Below are positions 1-10,323 of a DNA stretch of 64,000 bases, piece by piece. Position numbers and translations under genes: made by a program. Below the pieces are notes generated by a model that did no database searches, was not told the origin of the DNA, and saw nothing but the letters and a program-made list of their open reading frames with translations. The stretch is from Candidatus Latescibacterota bacterium (GTDB lineage: Bacteria > Latescibacterota > UBA2968 > UBA8231), in assembly GCA_965197905.1 (NCBI GenBank), contig CBDAOB010000004.1:832001-896000 (forward strand). The letters run 5' to 3'. How positions within the stretch are numbered: position 1 is the stretch's first letter; each line of letters starts with the position of its first letter.

Positions 1-1388
1 CGCATCTTTCAGGGGCCATCCGATTCAAGACCATTTCGTTCCTGGACGCGAAGCAATTCGATCACGAGGAATTTCTGGGTCTGCATCAGTATCTGGAACA
101 GACGTTTCCTGTGGTTCACCAAACCTTGACGAAGGAAGCGGTCGGAGATTTCAGCCTTCTTTACACGTGGGCGGGAGATGAGCCGGCGGGGAAGCCCATT
201 CTCCTCTATGCCCATATGGATGTTGTACCGGTCGAGGCCGCGAGGGAAGGCGATTGGACCTACCCGCCTTTTGAGGGACGTATCGCCGAGGGCTACATCT
301 GGGGCCGGGGCGCCCTGGATGTCAAAGTTGGTGTTTTGGGCATCCTTGAGGCTGTGGAAACGTTATTGCGAAAAGGATTTCAGCCCCGACGTACGATTTA
401 TCTCGCCTTCGGCCATGATGAGGAGACAGGGGGGAAAAGGGGTGCTGCCACGATTGCCACACGTTTGCATTCCAGGGGAATCGAACTCGAATGCGTACTC
501 GACGAAGGTCTCGTCATCACGGACGGTATCTTGCCGGGTGTTTCCAGGCCAGTTGCTCTGGTCGGCATCGCGGAGAAAGGCAAGGTCAGTATCGAACTCA
601 GTGTAGAAAGCAAAGGCGGGACCGCCGCAATGCCTCCCCCACATACCGCCGTTGGCATCCTTAGCACCGCGATTCACCACCTTGAGAGCCATCCATCCCC
701 GTCAAGAATCGAGGGGCCCGTTCGTCAGATGTTCGAGTATGTGGGACCGGAAATGCCCTTTCTCACGCGCATGGCAGTGGCGAACCTCTGGTGTTTTGGC
801 GGACTGCTCGAGCGACAGCTTGCCGTATCGCCGAGCACAAATGCTCTGATCTCAACTACTATGGCAGCGACGATGTTTTCGGCCGGCATCAAGGATAACG
901 TATTGCCGAAATCTGCCCGGGCAGTCGTGAACGTTCGGATTTTGAGCGGCGACAGTATTGCGGGTGTTGTCGAACGTACTGACCGGATTATTGACGACCC
1001 ACGCGTGAACATTCGCCCTCTGGAGCACAGTGTCTTTGAACCATCCGACGTGTCGGACCTCGTGTCTCCGGGTTTTAAGATGCTTCAGCGGACAATCCAT
1101 CAGGTCTTTCCAGACGTGATTGTCGCTCCCTCGCTGCTCATAGGAAGGACCGACTCCAGATATTTCGCCCCACTGACCCGCAACATCTATCGGTTCGTTC
1201 CGATGCGGCTCAACGTCGAGGATCTCCAGAGAATTCACGGTCGTGACGAACGCATCTCCCTCGATAACTACGAGGAGATCGTGAGGTTTTACATGCAGCT
1301 GATTCACAATTCTTCCTTCGATGTGCAGTTCGCCACGCAATCTGCCGTGCGCGTAATCGGCACCGTTAGGCAGCGCGAAAACGGATGA
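1..1388 (+). CDS. M20 family peptidase (carboxypeptidase S/PM20D1-like), 5' end outside window
   Basis: Motifs AHMDVVP, IWGRGALDVK, GHDEE, DEG, IHGRDERI. The frame is open from position 3 (HLSGAIRFKTIS...), so the gene starts before the window. Confidence 0.9.
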   Translation, partial: HLSGAIRFKTISFLDAKQFDHEEFLGLHQYLEQTFPVVHQTLTKEAVGDFSLLYTWAGDEPAGKPILLYAHMDVVPVEAAREGDWTYPPFEGRIAEGYIWGRGALDVKVGVLGILEAVETLLRKGFQPRRTIYLAFGHDEETGGKRGAATIATRLHSRGIELECVLDEGLVITDGILPGVSRPVALVGIAEKGKVSIELSVESKGGTAAMPPPHTAVGILSTAIHHLESHPSPSRIEGPVRQMFEYVGPEMPFLTRMAVANLWCFGGLLERQLAVSPSTNALISTTMAATMFSAGIKDNVLPKSARAVVNVRILSGDSIAGVVERTDRIIDDPRVNIRPLEHSVFEPSDVSDLVSPGFKMLQRTIHQVFPDVIVAPSLLIGRTDSRYFAPLTRNIYRFVPMRLNVEDLQRIHGRDERISLDNYEEIVRFYMQLIHNSSFDVQFATQSAVRVIGTVRQRENG

Positions 1389-1397
1389 GGTCCCGAA

Positions 1398-2489
1398 ATG
1401 ACCAGAACCTTCTCGTCGTGGGTCCTAGAAGCTGCGGCTTTGCGGACGGCCTTTGCTCAGATCCGCGAGGATCCCCTGCTCGACCTCTGGGTGGTCAACC
1501 AGTTTGTCAGCGACGCGCGCGTGATCATGATCGCATCCGGTGGCTGTACGGCAGCACTCTTGGCCTCAGCACCGAAAGTCGCCCGGCTACACTTGGTCGA
1601 TCCCAATCCTGCGCAGTTGGCCCTGTCGCGGCTCAAGCTCCGGCTGCTGCAGACAACCGATCCCGCAACACGCCTAGCCTTGCTGGGTCACGCTCCGATG
1701 CCCGCTGCAGAAAGACAGGCACGCCTGGAGGCAGAGTTGGCGGCGCTCAGTCTGCCAACCGACGCGCTAGGGACGGTGGCTTACGTAGCCCGGGTTGGCC
1801 CCGACCACGCGGGACGCTACGAATGCGTCTTCGCCGCCGTCCGAAAGGCACTGAGCGGCTCCGCCGAAGATCTCGAAGCTGTGCTCAGACTGTACGATCC
1901 GGCCGAGCAGCAACGCCGGGTCGCACCGTCAACCGCGTTGGGCCGCCAGCTCGACGAAGCCCTCGACACGGTTATGGCGCTGCCCAACCTGGTTCGACTG
2001 TTTGGCGAGGAGGCGACCAAGAATCCGGTCGAGCCCTTCTCTCGTCATTTCGCCCGCCGCCTCCGCTACGTCCTGGCCGCGCTTCCCGCCGACCGCAATC
2101 CCTACCTGTGGCAGATGCTCAAGGGATGTTATCCAGACGGTAGCGCGTCCCCGTGGCTGACCGTACCGGTGCCCTCCCAGATGTCGCAGGTCACGTGGTC
2201 GGTCAGGCTCATGGCTGAGGCGCTGGAGGCGGCACCGGTTTCGTTCGACTTCGTTCACTTGTCGAACATCCTGGATTGGCTCTCGCCGGAGAAGGCCCGG
2301 GCTACACTAGAGTTGGCATGGGGGGCACTACGACCCGGCGGATGGACGCTCATCCGTCAACTCAACTCGGTTCTTGATATCCCGGGCTTGGGGCGCAGGT
2401 TCAACTGGCACACTGCAGAGGCGAATGATCTGCATGCCCGCGACCGCAGCTTCTTTTATCGGGCATTGCACCTGGGGAGCAAGTCATGA
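1398..2489 (+). CDS. DUF3419/BtaA-like SAM-dependent transferase (possible 3-amino-3-carboxypropyl transferase)
   Basis: FAQIREDP, IASGGCT, VDPNPAQL, HLSNILDWL and C-terminal DRSFFY motifs typical of DUF3419. Confidence 0.75.
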   Translation: MTRTFSSWVLEAAALRTAFAQIREDPLLDLWVVNQFVSDARVIMIASGGCTAALLASAPKVARLHLVDPNPAQLALSRLKLRLLQTTDPATRLALLGHAPMPAAERQARLEAELAALSLPTDALGTVAYVARVGPDHAGRYECVFAAVRKALSGSAEDLEAVLRLYDPAEQQRRVAPSTALGRQLDEALDTVMALPNLVRLFGEEATKNPVEPFSRHFARRLRYVLAALPADRNPYLWQMLKGCYPDGSASPWLTVPVPSQMSQVTWSVRLMAEALEAAPVSFDFVHLSNILDWLSPEKARATLELAWGALRPGGWTLIRQLNSVLDIPGLGRRFNWHTAEANDLHARDRSFFYRALHLGSKS

Positions 2490-3435
2490 TCGTCCATGAG
2501 TTGCGGACGGCGCCTCCGCCGGAGCTAGCCAAAGCCTTGGATCGTTTCGAGGAGCAGTTCCACTATCCGCTTGGCCCCGATCGGTTTTTTCATATCAACC
2601 ACGGGGAGGACTATCCGCGTTTTTTCCGCGCAATGGGCGAAGGGGCATGCTTCGTGGCCGAGAGGGAGGGGAGAATTCTGGGTGTCATGGGTGCAGCCCT
2701 TCGGCGCCTTGTCCTGCCAGGAGGAGAGGAACGCTCGGTAGTCTACCTTGGTGACATGAAAATCGATCCTGCAGGACGCGGTGGCAGGACGCTCCTCCGG
2801 TTGGTGGGGGCGGTGCGGCAGTGGGTAGGAGCACGGGCGGAAGCGGCCTTTGCCGTCGTGATGGACGGCACTCCCGCCACACCGACCCGCTACACGGGAC
2901 GTCTTGGGATTCCGCTCTTTTCAGAGCTCGGAAAGATCATGGTCCTGCGTTTGCCTACTTCGGGAATCCAGGTTCATTCCGATCATGGCTGGTTGACGAC
3001 CGGGGAATGCGGCGGTATCTGCTACTCGCGCCTGAGCGCGGGCGGGTACGCTTGTCCCGTCGGCAACCCAGCCGAGCGCTCCGAGATGGAGCCTGCCTGG
3101 CTCATGGAACCCGGAGGCCGGGCCTGCGGCCAGCTGGAAGACACGCGCCGAGCCAAGCGGCTGATCGCCGACGACGGGGCCGAGATGCGGAGCGCCCGCA
3201 TCTGTCTTGCTTCGCCTACCAAGACTGGAGTGCCGGCGTCAAGTTGCTGCAGGTTGCACTCCGGCGTGCCGTCAGCCGGAGCTTTCCCGACCTGTTCGTA
3301 GCCGTTCCCGCCCGGGAAGCGAAGGTATTCTGCCAAGCACTGGAGGAGATGGAAGTCGTTGTAGCGCCCGCGACGGTTTTCGGCACAGGGCTGGAGCCCG
3401 GGCTCCTTTGGAACATCAACACCGCGGAGATCTAA
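2486..3435 (+). CDS. GNAT-like N-acyltransferase, frameshifted near 3195
   Basis: YLGDMKIDPAGRGGRTL motif A. The C-terminus (HLSCFAY...NTAEI) is in the 2821..3435 frame. ATGA overlap with the upstream gene. Confidence 0.65.
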
Positions 3436-3438
3436 GCC

Positions 3439-4116
3439 ATGAGTCAACCGAGCCGAGCACCACACGTCACTACCTGCGCCGATGCCGTCCTCAAGCGCAT
3501 CGAAATCCTGCACAACCCCTACCTCGACGCCTTAGAGGACGGCACGATGACTCTGGATTGCTTCCGCCGAACGCAAGAACAGTTCTTCTTCGCGGTGACG
3601 TTCTTCCCCCGCCCGATGGCGGTCCTGGTCGGTCGCATTCCGGATCCGCGGCATCGCCTCGACATCCTGCATAACCTGGTTGAGGAGCACGGCGAGTTCG
3701 AGGAGCAGGCCTTTCATCACACCACATTCCAGCAATTCCTATGCACCATCGGCAGCCAACCGGAGAAGCTCGACGACCTCGGCCCCTGGCCGGCGCTGCG
3801 TGCGTTCAACAGCGTCTTGACCGCTTCCTGTGTAATGGACGAGCTGGAGGTTGGCGTCGCCTGCATGGGGATTGTCGAGTACGCCTTCGCCGGCATTTCC
3901 GCTGTTATCGGCAAGGCGGTGGTGCAGCGCGGATGGGTATCCGAAGAGCGGCTCGTTCACTACAAACTGCACGCCGAGATCGATGAGCGTCACGCCGAGG
4001 AGTTCTTCGCCGTTATCGAGCCACCATGGGACGACGAGCGCCGCCGTTACTTCCGCACCGGCCGGGTCGGCCAATTGATTAGCTGCCTAAAGAGGAGACC
4101 AATTCTTGCTGCCTGA
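3439..4116 (+). CDS. Heme-oxygenase-like diiron oxidase (TenA/PqqC/CADD superfamily); C-terminus probably replaced after ~4057
   Basis: NLVEEHG...HHTTF, GIVE and HYKLHAEIDERH provide candidate diiron ligands. It starts 3 bp after the GNAT stop. Confidence 0.7.
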   Translation: MSQPSRAPHVTTCADAVLKRIEILHNPYLDALEDGTMTLDCFRRTQEQFFFAVTFFPRPMAVLVGRIPDPRHRLDILHNLVEEHGEFEEQAFHHTTFQQFLCTIGSQPEKLDDLGPWPALRAFNSVLTASCVMDELEVGVACMGIVEYAFAGISAVIGKAVVQRGWVSEERLVHYKLHAEIDERHAEEFFAVIEPPWDDERRRYFRTGRVGQLISCLKRRPILAA

Positions 4117-5029
4117 CCTACTCATCACCCTGCTTTGCGCCGAAGTTCTATGCCGATTCGAGGCTCTAGGCGTCCCATGGAAGGCTGACAGCCTAGGGCG
4201 CCGGAGAACACTGAATCGTCGACTGCCCGGTTCTGTCCGAAGAGTTCTCTGTCTTGGCGCTTCACACACTTTCGGAGCGCGAGTCAAAGAGGCCCGTTCC
4301 TATCCCTCGCAACTCGAAAGACTGCTCAAGACCCAGACAGAGCGAATCCATGTGCTGAACGCTGGAATCTCTGGGCACACCTCTGTTCAGACCTTGGCGC
4401 GAGTGGACAGAGACGCCTTGGCTTTCCGCCCTGACGTTGTCGTGCTTTGGGTGGGCACAAACGATGGAATGTTGAAGAGCCGACCTGACCCCAAAAGCGG
4501 TGCTCGCCCATTTGATGCACCTCCTTTGGCAACGAGGTCTGCACTGTTGACGACATTGGATTCTCTTCCTCCCGTCATGTATTTGACCAGCGTCCTTGGC
4601 AGGCCAAGTGCTGCTCCGCAGGATCTGTTACCTCGGGTGGATTTACAGGAGTTCTCGGCAACCTACGATAGAATCTTGAAAAGACTCAGTGCCCCATCCG
4701 AAGCACGAATCGTTGTGCTCAAGATTCCCAGGGTCCCCGATCACTTCAAGCGCGCGCCAGAGCAATTGGTGGTGGCGCAAAGGAAGATGCATGCGGAATA
4801 CAACTTGGTGATCTCCCGCCTGTGCAAGCGACACAGCGTTCCTCTCATTACACCGGATGACTTCCTGAAAGCAGACTGCTACTTGAACGATGGCCTCCAC
4901 TTGAACCGAGAAGGAAACGCACCTGTAGCACGAGCGGTTCGCGATGTTTTGTTATCTGGGCCAACGCCGATACTATCGACGACGCCCGAACAAGACGCTG
5001 CAACGGACGCGGACAACCCGCGCCACTGA
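4106..5029 (+). CDS. SGNH/GDSL hydrolase
   Basis: Blocks LGASHTFG, NAGISG, GTND and DGLHLN. Confidence 0.85.
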   Translation: MLPDLLITLLCAEVLCRFEALGVPWKADSLGRRRTLNRRLPGSVRRVLCLGASHTFGARVKEARSYPSQLERLLKTQTERIHVLNAGISGHTSVQTLARVDRDALAFRPDVVVLWVGTNDGMLKSRPDPKSGARPFDAPPLATRSALLTTLDSLPPVMYLTSVLGRPSAAPQDLLPRVDLQEFSATYDRILKRLSAPSEARIVVLKIPRVPDHFKRAPEQLVVAQRKMHAEYNLVISRLCKRHSVPLITPDDFLKADCYLNDGLHLNREGNAPVARAVRDVLLSGPTPILSTTPEQDAATDADNPRH

Positions 5030-5861
5030 GCTTCGCGCTCCGAGATCGAGAACTCTGGTGGTACCGGGAACGCTCGCAAAAGACAAGGTTAAAGCATGAT
5101 CAAAGAATACGACCATTACGACGCCATTGGTTTGGCGGATCTCATTAAAAAAGGTGAAATCTCTGCTGGGGAGGCCGTCGGCTCGGCAATTGAAAAAATT
5201 GAGGAGCTCGACGAAAAAATCAATTCGGTAGTCTTGAAAATGTATGACCATGCAAAATGGAAGATTGATCAAACTTCAAAAGCCTCCCCCTTATTTGGTG
5301 TTCCATTTTTAATTAAAGATTTGGGGATCAATTACAAGGGGTTTCCATCAACAGGTTCTTGTCGGTTCACGCGCGACTACACTCCCGACACCACCTCAAA
5401 TATGATGGAGAGATTTTTAGAAGCAGGGTTGATCCCATTGGGAAAAACAAATACGCCTGAAATGGGAATCATGGGTGTCACGGAACCCGAAATGCGGGGA
5501 CCTTGCCACAACCCTTGGAATCTGGACTACACTTCTGGCGGCTCAAGCGGTGGAAGCGCAGCAGCCGTGGCAGCAAGAATGGTCCCGTTGGCTCAAGGGG
5601 GAGACGGAGGTGGATCCATTCGAATTCCAGCTTCGGCTTGTGGACTTGTGGGTCTCAAACCCTCGCGTGGGCGAACGCCCTTTGGTCCCGACGCCAATGA
5701 ATCCTGGATGGGGCTTGTGGTTCAACATGTTTTAACCCCGCTCGGTTCGCGATTCGGCACTTCTGCTCGATTTGACGAAAGGAGCAGACGAAGGGGCCGC
5801 TTATACAGCTCCTGAGACACCCGGCACGTATTTGGAGAGACTCCATCATGACCCAAAGAAA

Positions 5862-7393
5862 GGGTGTAGCCTCGTTTTTACGCTGCCCTTTTCAGGGTTG
5901 TTATGGGTGTGGTCTGCTGGAGATACCAGTTCCAGAAAGCATCCCATCGTTTCGATTGCACCTGGACTCGTAGGTTGAGGATCTGCTGACCTCCGTGGCG
6001 GGTCCATCGCATGCCGCTGCGTTTGAGTCGGTGGCCGACGATGGTCTTGGCGGCGGCCTCCACAGGGCCACTGGAGATGATCAAGCCCGAGGCGTGATAG
6101 CCAGCGTATTCCATTTTGTCCCGGTTGTTGCGAAAGTAGCCCATTTCGGTGGTCGCCTGGCGATAACGGTCCGATCGTCTTCGGAGTTTGCGACGGTGGT
6201 AGGAAAAAGAGCGGATCAAGCCCGCCACGGCGTTGGGTGTATGGCGCAGTTTGTGCCGCCAGGATCGATACCAGCGATCCGCCTTCGCCGACTTTTTGCC
6301 GAAAAGGTGCTCCGCCGCCATCGACAGATGCTGCGCCGCGTGATAGAAGTCCAGAATGCGGGTGAAACCCTCGAACACACCATGCTCGTCGACGATGCGC
6401 CAGATCTCTCGTTTGCCGTCGGCCAAAACGACACGATGGTCGTAGCCACCCTGCTGCAACGCCCGGGCCGTCTGCTCCACCAGGCCGTTGACCAGGGTCG
6501 TCATCTTCGCTTCCGGCATACGCGCGGCATAGCGCACATCGACTCGTTCCGGCTCTTCGACCTCTGGATCCAGCGGCGTCAGGTAGGTGGCGACCATGCC
6601 CACACCCGCCTCCTTCCAGGCGGTGGGCGTGGTGTCGGTGGCCGCCATCGGTCGCTCGGCCGGACGTCCGCGCTTGGGCGCTGGCTCTCGCAGGGGGACG
6701 GTGACGCCGTCCCAGCTCACAACGAGCGTGTCGCCCTCGGCGTCCAGCGGCGCCGCGCCTTGCAAGGCCAGCTCGAGCTGTTCGGAATCGGCACACTGTC
6801 CGACGGTGGTCAATACGTGCTGGATAGCCGTACGCGATGGCGGCTCCGGCAGCACTTCACCCAAGCTGTCCTCGACTTCGGCCGGGACCAACCGGGCGCC
6901 CAAAAACGCCGTTCCAACTCCGGCACCATGAATCGATTCACCATGCCGCAACGCTCATCCAACCCGGCTCGGTCCGCCATGGTCTTCCTGATACAGCCGA
7001 CGTGGCACTACGACCTTGCCCCACAGACTCATCCACTCCTTGTCGACCATTTGCTTGAAGCGGTACAGCCGACCGTCGTTACCCAACGTGTCGGAGGCGA
7101 CCTCACAGGCGTGCGCCAATCGCAGGAAACCGGTCCGACCGATCTCATTAGCAGCTCGCAGCTCGTTCATCGCCAGGCGAAACGCTGCCGGTCCTCCTTG
7201 TTCGGATCAGCCGGTTTTCCCACTGCAGGACATTCTCCTGCAATTTCGTCACACACGCGCTCAGATCCTGCGTATTTTCCATCTGGGACCTCCTTCCGGG
7301 TTTGGGCGTATGTCCTTACACCCAAAGTACATTCGTGCCTGGAATTGGGGTCCCGCTTTTTATGCACAAATACGTAAATCAGAACCTACACCC
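5862..7393 (-). mobile_element. ISKra4-like (p-MULT, IS256-related) insertion sequence, 1532 bp
   Basis: Imperfect TIRs GGGTGTAGCCTCGTTTTTACG / GGGTGTAGGTTCTGATTTACG. 8-bp TSD CAAAGAAA at 5854-5861 and 7394-7401. Confidence 0.9.
5878..7170 (-). CDS. ISKra4-family DDE transposase (frameshifted near 6955; true start uncertain)
   Basis: SWDG, LADG, LDFYHA, ISSGPVEAA and RLKRSGMRW motifs. The 5' part is in ORF 6955..7170. Confidence 0.85.
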
Positions 7394-8393
7394 CAAAGAA
7401 ATTAAGGATCGCTTTTTCGTTTGAATCTATCTACGGAAAAGAAACTCACCCTGTTTGCCGGAAAGCCTTAGAGAATCTGTTCAACTCTGCGAGCACCTCG
7501 GTCACGAAGTCATTGAAGCGCACCCGCAATACGACAAGCAACGCATGGTGGAATCCTATCTAACGATCGTGGCATGCACGCAAAGGGAGTTAGAGGATGC
7601 CTCATATTTACTGAATAAACCTTTGAAGGCTTCTGAGTTTGAACTCTTAACATGGTTTTTGTATCTCGCCGGGAAAAGCCTAAAGGCTGAGGACCTTACG
7701 AGTGCAATCGGATCCATGCGTGACGCTAGCCTCATCTTAGGGAAGTTTTTTCAAGAATATGATCTTTTCATGACGCCCACCCTAGCCCATCCTCCTAGTC
7801 CCATTGGGTTGATGGATCTTAAGGTTCATGAAGTTGTCGCCATCAACGCTGCGAAGCTTGCACCCAAACGAATACTCATGAAGAAAATGCTAAAACAAAT
7901 GGCGGAAACAGGACTTGAAAGAACACCCAATACCCAGCTTTTCAATCAATCAGGTTCTCCCGCCATTTCCCTACCGCTCTATCATGATGAGCCATCTCAA
8001 CTCCCCATCGGTATTCAGTTTGCTTCGGCTTACGGAAGAGAAGACCGACTCTTTGAGATAGCTGGTCAACTTGAATGCGCCCGGCCTTGGGCCGATCGAA
8101 AACCTCGCTTTTCGAATTAGATCTCGAAAAATTTTCGGGATATAATTCGTCCAAGATGGACCTCATGAAGAAGAGTTTTTCAGGCGGTTTGACCTGCCCC
8201 CACGTTAGGACCATACGCAAGGAGAGTTTCGTGATGATTTATTGTTTCTTTGTGCTGTTGCTGCTTCATGCACTGACACGCTCTTGCTTGCCGTTCCTAA
8301 TTAGCAAACGGTTAGGTAGAAGCGACATGATCGAGGCGAGGCGATCTATGACTTATCCTATTGTTATTGATCAAGTAGAAGTACCCCGTTCTC

Positions 8394-8693
8394 TCATTCG
8401 ACCCAGTAGGAGTAGAGCTGCGCGCGCCGGGCTCGAAAGCGCAGCGACACGGAGCGGCCTTCGATACCTGCCCACGAGCCGTTCTTCCATTCGAACGCAC
8501 CGCGCAGTTGGTCCCCTTCGAGCGGATGGGACAAAGCCAGTACGGTTCCCGCTTCGTCCAGCACTTCCACAGCCAGCGAACCCGGCGCATTGAGATTCGC
8601 GCAAAGGGTGGTTCCCGCCGCTTCGAATGCCGAAGTAACCAGGACACCTTCCTCCTCGCCGATGGGAACCGCGAAGGCGGTCTGTTGACTCAT
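8394..8693 (-). pseudogene. Internally collapsed beta-propeller hydrolase paralogue (N-terminal 12 aa fused in frame to C-terminal beta-sandwich)
   Basis: MSQQTAFAVPIG is joined to EEEGVLVTSAF...LYSYWVE, which matches the C-terminal domain of 8725..10311. Confidence 0.7.
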
Positions 8694-8724
8694 AGCTCAG
8701 TTCCTATGGCGGCATCGTCCTGGC

Positions 8725-10311
8725 TCAATGGGGCGCCGGCTCCGTCACCGCGTCGAACCAGTAGGAGTAGATGGACGCCTTGCTCGCCGTGAAGCGCAGC
8801 TGCACCGGCCGATTGACCGCCGCGGCCAGATCGCCGCTTTTCCACTGCACCGGATAGCGTAGATGATTGCCCTTGATCGGTTCCGATGCCGCGATCGAGC
8901 TGCCCGACTCGTCCAGCACCTCCACCTCCACCGAACCGGCGGCCGCGTCGAGATTGGCGAACAGCCACGGGCTCTGCATTAGGAACGAATCGGTCAACAC
9001 TGACCCTTCCGTGCCGTCGGCATCGAGGGAAACGAACCCGTCTCGCCTGAGCACCGCGCGGCAGACGCCCGTAGTCCGAGGATTGTCATCCTCGTGAGGC
9101 GAGCGATACTTGCCGCCGTAGTAGTAGAACCACAGCTCGCCGTTCATCTGCACCGGGCGCGAAGGCGACATGATCTGGCTCAGATCGTAATGTCCCGTGT
9201 CGATGGCCGACGGGGTTATGAATGCCGCCCGCTCTGCAACCCTGCTCCAGTTGTAGAGATCCCGGCTGCTGGCAAGTTGCACGATGTGGAAGCCATCGGA
9301 GTTCTCGTTCACGTCCCCGGTATGATGAAAGAACGCCGCCATGCCAATGTAGAGACCCTCATAGCGGAACACCCCCATATTGTAGACGTCGACGAAATAC
9401 TCTTCGGGGACGTTGTAGATTGGCTGCACCATCTGCGGATTGGCCAGGCGCTCGGCGATGTGCTCTCTGGCCAGCTCCTGGTCCCTGTCGTCGGCATGAA
9501 AGACCAGCTCCGGCTGGCTCCAGTGCTCGAAGTCCTTGCTGGTGGCCAGCGCGATCGAACGACCGCGGCGTCCCATCTCCCCTTCCTTCAGCGCGGCGAT
9601 GTAGGTCCGGGTCACCTCGTCGAAGCTCAGGTGGCCCGTATCCCCCGTGGGCAGGCCGGGACGGTCCAGGGCACGCCAGTGAATCCCATCGTGGCTGACC
9701 GTAAGGTCGTGCGTCTGGAAGCAGCCCCTGCCTTCGAAGCGCTCGTCCGCCGGCGCGTTCTCCCGCTGCTCAACCTGGATCACCCAGCTCAACTGATACT
9801 GACGCGGATCGTTGAGCACGTGGCCACGATGGTAAGCCAGGCGCCACGGGTTGTGGTCCAGCTTCCAATGCTGGGCGATGGGGCTCACCACTCGTTCCAT
9901 GGCGCCGCGGAGATGAATGCTCTTGTAGCGGCGGGAGGCGTCCGGGTCATGAGGATCGAAGATTACATGGTAACCGCAAGGTCCGGCCACCAGATTGTTC
10001 TCCAGCGAACCCCTGTGCTCCGTGCAGCGTAGGCGCGGTCGCTCCCAGTCGACGCCGTCTTCGCTCTCGAACAGCGCCGTGCCGCCATCTACCGTCACCC
10101 AGACCCGAAAACAGTGGGCGATCGGGTCCCACGTTGGCGCGCCACCGATCATCAGACTGGTTTCGTGCGGATAGTCGAGCTCGATTACCGCACCTTTCTT
10201 CTCGGGCGGATGCAGGACACGTTCGAGGTTCTGGATCGTAGCGACCCCGTGATCGTCGAGAAAGAGCTGGCGCTGACCGAGCAGAATTTGGAACGGTTTT
10301 GCCGTCATCAT
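8725..10311 (-). CDS. Beta-propeller glycoside-hydrolase-like protein (GH32/43/130-like) with C-terminal beta-sandwich
   Basis: RQLFLDD, Asp-box-like SxDGxxW repeats, RRDGFVSLDA. No signal peptide visible. Confidence 0.7.
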   Translation of the reverse strand: MMTAKPFQILLGQRQLFLDDHGVATIQNLERVLHPPEKKGAVIELDYPHETSLMIGGAPTWDPIAHCFRVWVTVDGGTALFESEDGVDWERPRLRCTEHRGSLENNLVAGPCGYHVIFDPHDPDASRRYKSIHLRGAMERVVSPIAQHWKLDHNPWRLAYHRGHVLNDPRQYQLSWVIQVEQRENAPADERFEGRGCFQTHDLTVSHDGIHWRALDRPGLPTGDTGHLSFDEVTRTYIAALKEGEMGRRGRSIALATSKDFEHWSQPELVFHADDRDQELAREHIAERLANPQMVQPIYNVPEEYFVDVYNMGVFRYEGLYIGMAAFFHHTGDVNENSDGFHIVQLASSRDLYNWSRVAERAAFITPSAIDTGHYDLSQIMSPSRPVQMNGELWFYYYGGKYRSPHEDDNPRTTGVCRAVLRRDGFVSLDADGTEGSVLTDSFLMQSPWLFANLDAAAGSVEVEVLDESGSSIAASEPIKGNHLRYPVQWKSGDLAAAVNRPVQLRFTASKASIYSYWFDAVTEPAPH

Positions 10312-10323
10312 GTCAGCCTACTC

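Larger units (their letters stand above)
5096..8120 (+). pseudogene. Amidase-signature family amidase interrupted by an IS (plus frameshifts near 5735 and 7465)
   Basis: N-part has GVPFLIKD, GGSSGGSAAAVAA and [12 protein letters not shown]. Removing 5862-7393 and one TSD copy restores ...HDPKK|LRIAFS.... The C-part ends NQSGSPAISLP...LPIGIQF...EDRLF. Confidence 0.85.

Noticed and set aside
5995..7377. 460-aa plus-strand ORF and other long antisense ORFs (e.g. 29093..30787, 10741..11931, 45098..46159)
   Set aside because: Shadows of GC-rich genes on the opposite strand, with no recognisable motifs.
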